Assembly (NCBI GenBank): GCA_964016885.1
Contig: CAXHJY010000491.1
Coordinates: forward strand, 117,497-181,496
Reading direction: 5' to 3'
Origin: Eledone cirrhosa
Taxonomy: Eukaryota
Length of the DNA: 64,000 bases
Made by a program: the position numbers and the translations under genes. Below, piece by piece: positions 1 to 12,000 of the stretch. Within the stretch, counting starts at the first letter, position 1. Every line of letters begins with the position of its first letter. The notes beneath the pieces were generated by a model, which saw only the letters and a list, made by a program, of their open reading frames with translations, did not search any database and was not told where the DNA came from.

Positions 1-3000
1 GTAGACAGAAGACTTAGTACAATTGGCCAGTGAAGTACAGCATATTAGGCCATGTTTCCCACATGTAGACAGTAGAGTTAGTACAATTGGCCAGTGAAGT
101 ACAGCATATTAGGCCATGTTTCCCACATTTAGACAGTAGAGTTAGACCAATTGGCCAATGAAGTACAGTATATTAGGCCAGTTTCCCCACATGTAGACAG
201 TAGAGTTAGTACAATTGGCCAGTGACGTACAGTATGTTAGGCCATGTTTCCCACATGTAGACAGAAGACTTAGTACAATTGGCCAGTGAAGTACAGCATA
301 TTAGGCCATGTCTCCCACATGTAGACAGAAGAGTTAGTACAATTGGCCAGTGAAGTACAGCATATTAGGCCATGTTTCCCACATTTAGACAGTAGAGTTA
401 GACCAATTGGCCAATGAAGTACAGTATATTAGGCCAGTTTCCCCACATGTAGACAGTAGAGTTAGTACAAGTGGCCAATGAAGTACAGTATGGTAGACCA
501 TGTTTCTACATGTAGACAGTAGAGTTAGTACTGTTGGTCAGTGAAGTACAGTATGTTGGGCCATGTTTCCCACATGTAGACAGTAAAGTTAGTACAATTG
601 GTCAGTGAAGTACAGTATATTAGGCCATGTTTCCCACATGTAGACAGTAGAGTTAGTACAATTGGCCATTGAAGTACAGTATGTTAGGCCATGTTTCCCA
701 CATGTAGACAGTAGAGTTAGTACAGTTGGTCAGTGAGGTACAGTATGTTAGGCCATGTTTCCCACATGTAGACAGAAGACTTAGTACAATTGGCCAGTGA
801 AGTACAGCATATTAGGCCATGTTTCCCACATGTAGACAGTAGAGTTAGTACAATTGGCCAGTGAAGTACAGTATGTTAAGCCATGTTTCCCACATGTAGA
901 CAGAAGAGTTAGTACAATTGGCCAGTGAAGTACAGCATATTAGGCCATGTTTCCCACATGTAGACAGTAGAGTTAGTACAATTGGCCAATGAAATACAGT
1001 ATATTAGGCCAGTTTCCCCACATGTAGACAGTAGAGTTAGTACAATTGGCCAGTGAAGTACATTATGCTAGGCCATGTTTCCACATGTAGACAATAGAGT
1101 TAGTACTGTTGGTCAGTGAAGTACAGTATGTTAGGCCATGTTTCCCACATGTAGACAGAAGAGTTAGTAGAATTGGCCAGTGAAGTACAGCATATTAGGC
1201 CATGTTTCCCACATGTAGACAGTAGAGTTAGTACAATTGGCCAGTGAAGTACAGTATGTTAGGCCATGTTTCCCACATGTAGACATTAGAGTTAGTACTG
1301 TTGGTCAGTGAAGTACAGTATGTTAGGCCATGTTTCACACATCTAGATAGTAGAGTTAGTACAATTGACCAGTGAAGTACAGCATATTAGGACAGATTTC
1401 CCACATGTAGACAGTATAGTTAGTACAATTGACCAGTGAAGTACAGTATATTAGACCATGTTTCCCACATGTAGACAGTAGAGATAGTACAATTGGCCAG
1501 TGACGTACAGTATGTTAGGCCATGTTTCCCACATGTAGACAGTAGACTTAGTGCAAATGGCCAATGAAGTACAGTATATTAGGCCAGGTTTCCCGCATGT
1601 AGACAGTATAATTAGTACGATTGACCAGTGAAGTACAGTTTATTAGGCCATGTTTCCCACATGTAGACAGTAGAGTTAGTACAATTGGCCAGTGACGTAC
1701 AGTATGTTAGGCCATGTTTCCCATATGTAAACAGAAGAGTTAGTACAATTGGCCAGTGAAGTACAGCATATTAGGCCATGTTTCCCACATCTAGAAAGTA
1801 GAGTTAGTACAATTGGCCAGTGAAGTACAGTATGTTAGGCCATGTTTCCCACATGTAGACAGTAGAGTTAGTACAGCTGGTCAGTGAAGTACAGTATGTT
1901 GGGCCATGTTTCCAACATGTAGACAGTAAAGTTAGTACAATTGGTCAGTGAAGTACAGTATGTTAGGCCATGTTTCCCACATGTAGACAGTAGAGTTAGT
2001 ACAGCTGGTCAGTGAAGTACAGTATGTTGGGCCATATTTACCACATGTAGACAGTAGAGTTAGTACAATTGGCCAGTGAAGTACAGTATGTTAGGCCATG
2101 TTTCCCACATGTAGACAGTAGAGTTAGTACAGTTGGTCAGTGAAGTACAGCATATTAGGCCATGTTTCCCACATCTAGAAAGTAGAGTTAGTACAATTGG
2201 CCAGTGAAGTACAGTATGTTAGGCCATGTTTCCCACATGTAGACATTAGAGTTAGTACTGTTGGTCAGTGAAGTACAGTATGTTAGGCCATGTTTCACAC
2301 ATCTAGATAGTAGAGTTAGTACAATTGACCAGTGAAGTACAGCATATTAGGACAGATTTCCCACATGTAGACAGTATAGTTAGTACAATTGACCAGTGAA
2401 GTACAGTATATTAGACCATGTTTCCCACATGTAGACAGTAGAGATAGTACAATTGGCCAGTGACGTACAGTATGTTAGGCCATGTTTCCCACATGTAGAC
2501 AGTAGACTTAGTGCAAATGGCCAATGAAGTACAGTATATTAGGCCAGGTTTCCCGCATGTAGACAGTATAATTAGTACGATTGAACAGTGAAGTACAGTA
2601 TATTAGGCCATGTTTCCCACATGTAGACAGTAGAGTTAGTACAATTGGCCAGTGACGTACAGTATGTTAGGCCATGTTTCCCATATGTAAACAGAAGAGT
2701 TAGTACAATTGGCCAGTGAAGTACAGCATATTAGGCCATGTTTCCCACATCTAGAAAGTAGAGTTAGTACAATTGGCCAGTGAAGTACAGTATGTTAGGC
2801 CATGTTTCCCACATGTAGACAGTAGAGTTAGTACAGCTGGTCAGTGAAGTACAGTATGTTGGGCCATGTTTCCAACATGTAGACAGTAAAGTTAGTACAA
2901 TTGGTCAGTGAAGTACAGTATGTTAGGCCATGTTTCCCACATGTAGACAGTAGAGTTAGTACAGCTGGTCAGTGAAGTACAGTATGTTGGGCCATATTTA

Positions 3001-6000
3001 CCACATGTAGACAGTAGAGTTAGTACAATTGGCCAGTGAAGTACAGTATGTTAGGCCATGTTTCCCACATGTAGACAGTAGAGTTAGTACAGTTGGTCAG
3101 TGAAGTACAGCATATTAGGCCATGTTTCCCACATCTAGAAAGTAGAGTTAGTACAATTGGCCAGTGAAGTACAGTATGTTAGGCCATGTTTCCCACATGT
3201 AGACAGTAGAGTTAGTACAGCTGGTCAGTGAAGTACAGTATGTTGGGCCATATTTACCACATGTAGACAGTAAAGTTAGTACAATTGGTCAGTGAAGTAC
3301 AGTATGTTAGGCCATGTTTCCCACATGTAGACAGTAGAGTTAGTACAGCTGGTCAGTGAAGTACAGTATGTTGGGCCATATTTACCACATGTAGACAGTA
3401 GAGTTAGTACAATTGGCCAGTGAAGTACAGTATGTTAGGCCATGTTTCCCACATGTAGACAGTAGAGTTAGTACAGTTGGTCAGTGAAGTACAGTATGTT
3501 GGGCCATGTTTACCACATGTAGACAGTAGAGTTAGTACAATTGGCCAGTGAAGTACAGTATGTTAGGCAATGTTTCCCACATGTAGACAGTAGAGTTAGT
3601 ACAATTGGCCAGTGAAGTACAGTATGCTAGGGCATGTTTCCCACATGTAGACAGTAGAGTTAGTACAAATGACCAGTGAAGTACAGTATGTTAGGCCATG
3701 TTTCCCACATGTAGACAGTAGAGTTAGTACAATTGGCCAGTGAAGTACAGTATGTGAGGCCATGTTTCACACATGTTGACATCGGAGTTAGTACAATTGG
3801 CCAGTGAAGTACAGTATATTAGGCAATGTTTCCCACATGTAGTCAGTAGAGTTAGTACAATTGGCCAATGAAGTACAGTATGTTAGGCCATGTTTCCCTC
3901 ATGTAGACAATAGAGTTAGTACAGTTGGTCAGTGAAGTACAGTATGTTGGGCCATGTTTACCACATGTAGACAGTAGAGTTAGTACAATTGGCCAGTGAA
4001 GTACAGTATGCTAGGCCATGTTTCCACATGTAGTCAGTAGAGTTAGTACAATTGGCCAGTGAAGTAAAGTATGTTATGCCATGTTTCCCACATGGAGACA
4101 GTAGAGTTAGTACAATTGACCAGTGAAGTAGAGTATATTGGGACAGATTTCCCACATGTAGACAGTATAGTTAGTACAATTGACCAGTGAAGTACAGCAT
4201 ATTAGGCCATGTTTCCTACATGTAGACAGTAGAGTTAGTACAATTGGCCAGTGAAGTACAGTATGTTAGGCCATGTTTCCCACATGTAGACATAAGAGTT
4301 AGTACAATTGACCAGTGAAGTACAGCATATTAGGCCATGTTTCTCACATGTAGACAGTAGAGTTAGTACAATTGGCCAATGAAGTACAGTATATTAGGCC
4401 AGTTTCCCCACATGTAGACAGTAGAGTTAGTACAAATGGCCAGTGAAGTACAGTATGTTAGGCCATGTTTCCCACATGTAGACAGTAGAGTTAGTACAGT
4501 TGGTCAGTGACGTATAGTATGTTAGGCCATGTTTTCCACATGTAGGCAGTAGATTTAGTACAATTGGCCAGTGAAGTACAGTATGTTAGGCCATGTTTCC
4601 CACATGTAGACAGTAGAGTTAGTACAGTTGGTCAGTGAAGTATAGTATGTTAGGCCATGTTTTCCACATGTAGACAGTAGAGTTAGTACAACTGGCCAGT
4701 GAAGTACAGTATGTTAGGCCATGTTTCCCACATGTAGTCAGTAGAGTTAGTACAATTGACCAGTGAAGTACAGTATATTAGGACAGATTTCCCACATGTA
4801 GACAGTATAGTTAGTACAATTGACCAGTGAAGTACAGTATATTAGACCATGTTTCCCACATGTAGACAGTAGAGTTAGTACAATTGGCCAGTGACGTACA
4901 GTATGTTAGGCCATGTTTCCCACATGTAGACAGAAGAGTTAGTACAATTGGCCAGTGAAGTACAGCATATTAGGCCATGTTTCCCACATGTAGACAGTAG
5001 AGTTAGTACAATTGGCCAATGAAGTACAGTATATTAGGCCAGTTTCCCCACATGTAGACAGTAGAGTTAGTACAATTGGCCAGTGAAGTACAGTATGATA
5101 GGCCATGTTTCCACATGTAGACAGTAGAGTTAGTACTGTTGGTCAGTGAAGTACAGTATGTTGGGCCATGTTTCCCACATGTAGACAGTAAAGTTAGTAC
5201 AATTGGTCAGTGAAGTACAGTATATTAGGCCATGTTTCCCACATGTAGACAGTAGAGTTAGTACAATTGGCCATTGAAGTACAGTATGTTAGGACATGTT
5301 TCCCACATGTAGACAGTAGAGTTAGTACAATTGGCCAGTGACGTACAGTATGTTAGGCCATGTTTCCCACATGTATACAGAAGAGTTAGTACAATTTGCC
5401 AGTGAAGTACAGCATAGTAGTCCATGTTTCCCACATGTAGACAGTAGAGTTAGTACAATTGACCAGTGAAGTACAGTATGTTAGGCCATGTTTCCCACAT
5501 GTAGACAGAAGAGTTAGTACAATTGGCCAGTGAAGTACAGCATATTAGGCCATGTTTCCCACATGTAGACAGTAGAGTTAGTACAATTGGCCAATGAAGT
5601 ACAGTATATTAGGCCAGTTTCCCCACATGTAGACAGTAGAGTTAGTACAATTGGCCAGTGAAGTACAGTATGCTAGGCCATGTTTCCACATGTAGACAGT
5701 AGAGTTAGTACAATTGGCCAGTGAAGTACAGTATATTAGGCAATGTTTCCCACATGTAGACAGTAGAGTTAGTACAATTGGCCAATGAAGTACAGTATGT
5801 TAGGCCATGTTTCCCTCATGTAGACAGTAGAGTTAGTACAGTTGGTCAGTGAAGTACAGTATGTTGGGCCATGTTTACCACATGTAGACAGTAGAGTTAG
5901 TACAATTGGTTAGTGAAGTACAGTATGCTAGGCCATGTTTCCACATGTAGTCAGTAGAGTTAGTACAATTGGCCAGTGAAGTAAAGTATGTTAGGCCATG

Positions 6001-9000
6001 TTTCCCACATGTAGACAGTAGAGTTAGTACAATTGACCAGTGAAGTAGAGTATATTGGGACAGATTTCCCACATGTAGACAGTATAGTTAGTACAATTGA
6101 CCAGTGAAGTAAAGCATAGTAGACCATGTTTCCCACATGTAGACAGTAGAGTTAGTACAATTGGCCAGTGAAGTACAGTATGTTAGGCCATGTTTCCCAC
6201 ATGTAGACAGAAGAGTTAGTACAATTGGCCAGTGAAGTACAGCATATTAGGCCAGGTTTCTCACATGTAGACACTAGAGTTAGTACAATTGGCCAATGAA
6301 GTACAGTATATTAGGCCAGTTTCCCCACATGTAGACAATAGAGTTAGTACAAATGGCCAGTGAAGTACAGTATGTTAGGCCATGTTTCCCACATGTAGAC
6401 AGTAGAGTTAGTACAATTGGCCAGTGAAGTACAGTATGTTAGGCCATGTTTCCCACATGTTGACATCAGAGTTAGTACAATTGGTCAGTGAAGTACAGTA
6501 TATTAGGCAATGCTTCCCACATGTAAACAGTAGAGTTAGTACACAGGGTCAGTGAAGTACAGTATGTTAGGCCATGTTTCCCACATGTAGACAGTATAGA
6601 GTTAGTACAATTGGCCAGTGAAGTACAGTATGTTAGGCCATGTTTCCCACATGTAGACAGTAGAGTTAGTACAGTTGGTCAGTGAAGTATAGTATGTTAG
6701 GCCATGTTTTCCACATGTAGGCAGTAGATTTAGTACAATTGGCCAGTGAAGTACAGTATGTTAGGCCATGTTTCCCACATGTAGACAGTAGAGTTAGTAC
6801 AGTTGGTCAGTGAAGTATAGTATGTTAGGCCATGTTTTCCACATGTAGACAGTAGAGTTAGTACAATTGGCCAGTGAAGTACAGTATGTTAGGCCATGTT
6901 TCCCACATGTAGTCAGTAGAGTTAGTACTATTGGCCAGTGAAGTAAAGTATGTTAGGCCATGTTTCCCACATGTAGACAGTAGAGTTAGTACAATTGACC
7001 AGTGAAGTACAGTATATTAGGACAGATTTCCCACATGTAGACAGTAGAGTTAGTACAATTGACCAGTGAAGTACAGTATATTAGACCATGTTTCCCACAT
7101 GTAGACAGTAGAGTTAGTACAATTGGTCAGTGATGTACAGTATGTTAGGCCATGTTTCCTACATGTAGACAGAAGACTTAGTACAATTGGCCAGTGAAGT
7201 ACAGCATATTAGGCCATGTTTCCCACATGTAGACAGTAGAGTTAGTACAATTGGCCAGTGAAGTACAGTATGTTAGGCCATGTTTCCCACATGTAGACAG
7301 AAGAGTTAGTACAATTGGCCAGTGAAGTACAGCATATTAGGCCATGTTTCCCACATGTAGACAGTAGAGTTAGTACAATTGGCCAATGAAGTACAGTATG
7401 TTAGGCCATGTTTCCCTCATGTAGAGAGTAGAGTTAGTACAGTTGGTCAGTGAAGTACAGTATGTTGGGCCATGTTTCCCACATGTAGACAGTAGAGTTA
7501 GTACAATTGGCCAGTGAAGTACAGTATGCTAGGCCATGTTTCCACATGTAGTCAGTAGAGTTAGTACAATTGGCCAGTGAAGTAAAGTATGTTAGGCCAT
7601 GTTTCCCACATGTAGACAGTAGAGTTAGTACAATGGACCAGTGAAGTAGAGTATATTGGGACAGATTTCCCACATGTAGACAGTATAGTTAGTACAATTG
7701 ACCAGTGAAGTACAGCATATTAGGCCATGTTTCCCACATGTAGACAGTAGAGTTAGTACAATTGGCCAGTGAAGTACAGTATGTTAGGCCATGTTTCCCA
7801 CATGTAGACAGAAGAGTTAGTACAATTGGCCAGTGAAGTACAGCATATTAGGCCATGTTTCTCACATGTAGACAGTAGAGTTAGTACAATTGGCCAGTGA
7901 AGTACAGTATGTTAGGCCATGTTCCCACATGTTGACATCAGAGTTAGTACAATTGGTCAGTGAAGTACAGTATAGTAGGCAATGTTTCCCACATGTAGAC
8001 AGTAGAGTTAGTACACAGAGTCAGTGAAGTACATTATGTTAGGCCATGTTTCCCACATGTAGACAGTATAGAGTTAGTACAATTGGCCAGTGAAGTACAG
8101 TATGTTAGGCCATGTTTCCCACATGTAGACAGTAGAGTTAGTACAGTTGGTCAGTGAAGTATAGTATGTTAGGCCATGTTTTCCACATGTAGGCAGTAGA
8201 TTTAGTACAATTGGCCAGTGAAGTACAGTATATTAGGACAGATTTCCCACATGTAGACAGTATAGTTAGTACAATTGACCAGTGAAGTACAGTATATTAG
8301 ACCATGTTTCCCACATGTAGACAGTAGAGTTAGTACAATTGGCCAGTGACGTACAGTATGTTAGGCCATGTTTCCCACATGTAGACAGAAGAGTTAGTAC
8401 AATTGGCCAGTGAAGTACAGCATATTAGGCCATGTTTCCCACATGTAGACAGTAGAGTTAGTACAATTGGCCAGTGACGTACAGTATGTTAGGCCATGTT
8501 TCCCACATGTATACAGAAGAGTTAGTACAATTTGCCAGTGAAGTACAGCATAGTAGTCCATGTTTCCCACATGTAGACAGTAGAGTTAGTACAATTGACC
8601 AGTGAAGTACAGTATGTTAGGCCATGTTTCCCACATGTAGACAGAAGAGTTAGTACAATTGGCCAGTGAAGTACAGCATATTAGGCCATGTTTCCCACAT
8701 GTAGACAGTAGAGTTAGTACAATTGGCCAATGAAGTACAGTATATTAGGCCAGTTTCCCCACATGTAGACAGTAGAGTTAGTACAATTGGCCAGTGAAGT
8801 ACAGTATGCTAGGCCATGTTTCCACATGTAGACAGTAGAGTTAGTACAATTGGCCAGTGAAGTACAGTATATTAGGCAATGTTTCCCACATGTAGACAGT
8901 AGAGTTAGTACAATTGGCCAATGAAGTACAGTATGTTAGGCCATGTTTCCCTCATGTAGACAGTAGAGTTAGTACAGTTGGTCAGTGAAGTACAGTATGT

Positions 9001-12000
9001 TGGGCCATGTTTACCACATGTAGACAGTAGAGTTAGTACAATTGGTTAGTGAAGTACAGTATGCTAGGCCATGTTTCCACATGTAGTCAGTAGAGTTAGT
9101 ACAATTGGCCAGTGAAGTAAAGTATGTTAGGCCATGTTTCCCACATGTAGACAGTAGAGTTAGTACAATTGACCAGTGAAGTAGAGTATATTGGGACAGA
9201 TTTCCCACATGTAGACAGTATAGTTAGTACAATTGACCAGTGAAGTAAAGCATAGTAGACCATGTTTCCCACATGTAGACAGTAGAGTTAGTACAATTGG
9301 CCAGTGAAGTACAGTATGTTAGGCCATGTTTCCCACATGTAGACAGAAGAGTTAGTACAATTGGCCAGTGAAGTACAGCATATTAGGCCAGGTTTCTCAC
9401 ATGTAGACACTAGAGTTAGTACAATTGGCCAATGAAGTACAGTATATTAGGCCAGTTTCCCCACATGTAGACAATAGAGTTAGTACAAATGGCCAGTGAA
9501 GTACAGTATGTTAGGCCATGTTTCCCACATGTAGACAGTAGAGTTAGTACAATTGGCCAGTGAAGTACAGTATGTTAGGCCATGTTTCCCACATGTTGAC
9601 ATCAGAGTTAGTACAATTGGTCAGTGAAGTACAGTATATTAGGCAATGCTTCCCACATGTAAACAGTAGAGTTAGTACACAGGGTCAGTGAAGTACAGTA
9701 TGTTAGGCCATGTTTCCCACATGTAGACAGTATAGAGTTAGTACAATTGGCCAGTGAAGTACAGTATGTTAGGCCATGTTTCCCACATGTAGACAGTAGA
9801 GTTAGTACAGTTGGTCAGTGAAGTATAGTATGTTAGGCCATGTTTTCCACATGTAGGCAGTAGATTTAGTACAATTGGCCAGTGAAGTACAGTATGTTAG
9901 GCCATGTTTCCCACATGTAGACAGTAGAGTTAGTACAGTTGGTCAGTGAAGTATAGTATGTTAGGCCATGTTTTCCACATGTAGACAGTAGAGTTAGTAC
10001 AATTGGCCAGTGAAGTACAGTATGTTAGGCCATGTTTCCCACATGTAGTCAGTAGAGTTAGTACTATTGGCCAGTGAAGTAAAGTATGTTAGGCCATGTT
10101 TCCCACATGTAGACAGTAGAGTTAGTACAATTGACCAGTGAAGTACAGTATATTAGACCATGTTTCCCACATGTAGACAGTAGAGTTAGTACAATTGGTC
10201 AGTGACGTACAGTATGTTAGGCCATGTTTCCTACATGTAGACAGAAGACTTAGTACAATTGGCCAGTGAAGTACAGCATATTAGGCCATGTTTCCCACAT
10301 GTAGACAGTAGAGTTAGTACAATTGGCCAGTGAAGTACAGTATGTTAGGCCATGTTTCCCACATGTAGACAGAAGAGTTAGTACAATTGGCCAGTGAAGT
10401 ACAGCATATTAGGCCATGTTTCCCACATGTAGACAGTAGAGTTAGTACAATTGGCCAATGAAGTACAGTATGTTAGGCCATGTTTCCCTCATGTAGAGAG
10501 TAGAGTTAGTACAGTTGGTCAGTGAAGTACAGTATGTTGGGCCATGTTTCCCACATGTAGACAGTAGAGTTAGTACAATTGGCCAGTGAAGTACAGTATG
10601 CTAGGCCATGTTTCCACATGTAGTCAGTAGAGTTAGTACAATTGGCCAGTGAAGTAAAGTATGTTAGGCCATGTTTCCCACATGTAGACAGTAGAGTTAG
10701 TACAATGGACCAGTGAAGTAGAGTATATTGGGACAGATTTCCCACATGTAGACAGTATAGTTAGTACAATTGACCAGTGAAGTACAGCATATTAGGCCAT
10801 GTTTCCCACATGTAGACAGTAGAGTTAGTACAATTGGCCAGTGAAGTACAGTATGTTAGGCCATGTTTCCCACATGTAGACAGAAGAGTTAGTACAATTG
10901 GCCAGTGAAGTACAGCATATTAGGCCATGTTTCTCACATGTAGACAGTAGAGTTAGTACAATTGGCCAGTGAAGTACAGTATGTTAGGCCATATTTCCCA
11001 CATGTTGACATCAGAGTTAGTACAATTGGTCAGTGAAGTACAGTATAGTAGGCAATGTTTCCCACATGTAGACAGTAGAGTTAGTACACAGAGTCAGTGA
11101 AGTACATTATGTTAGGCCATGTTTCCCACATGTAGACAGTATAGAGTTAGTACAATTGGCCAGTGAAGTACAGTATGTTAGGCCATGTTTCCCACATGTA
11201 GACAGTAGAGTTAGTACAGTTGGTCAGTGAAGTATAGTATGTTAGGCCATGTTTTCCACATGTAGGCAGTAGATTTAGTACAATTGGCCAGTGAAGTACA
11301 GTATATTAGGACAGATTTCCCACATGTAGACAGTATAGTTAGTACAATTGACCAGTGAAGTACAGTATATTAGACCATGTTTCCCACATGTAGACAGTAG
11401 AGTTAGTACAATTGGCCAGTGACGTACAGTATGTTAGGCCATGTTTCCCACATGTAGACAGAAGAGTTAGTACAATTGGCCAGTGAAGTACAGCATATTA
11501 GGCCATGTTTCCCACATGTAGACAGTAGAGTTAGTACAATTGGCCAATGAAGTACAGTATATTAGGCCAGTTTCCCCACATGTAGACAGTAGAGTTAGTA
11601 CAATTGGCCAGTGAAGTACAGTATGCTAGGCCATGTTTCCACATGTAGACAGTAGAGTTAGTACTGTTGGTCAGTGAAGTACAGTATGTTGGGCCATGTT
11701 TCCCACATGTAGACAGTAAAGTTAGTACAATTGGTCAGTGAAGTACAGTATATTAGGCCATGTTTCCCACATGTAGACAGTAGAGTTAGTACAATTGGCC
11801 ATTGAAGTACAGTATGTTAGGTCATGTTTCCCACATGTAGACAGTAGAGTTAGTACAGTTGGTCAGTGAAGTACAGTATGTTAGGCCATGTTTCCCACAT
11901 CTAGACAGTAGAGTTAATACAATTGACCAGTGAAGTACAGTATATTAGCACAGATTTATCACATGTAGACAGTATAGTTAGTACAACTAACCAGTGAAGT

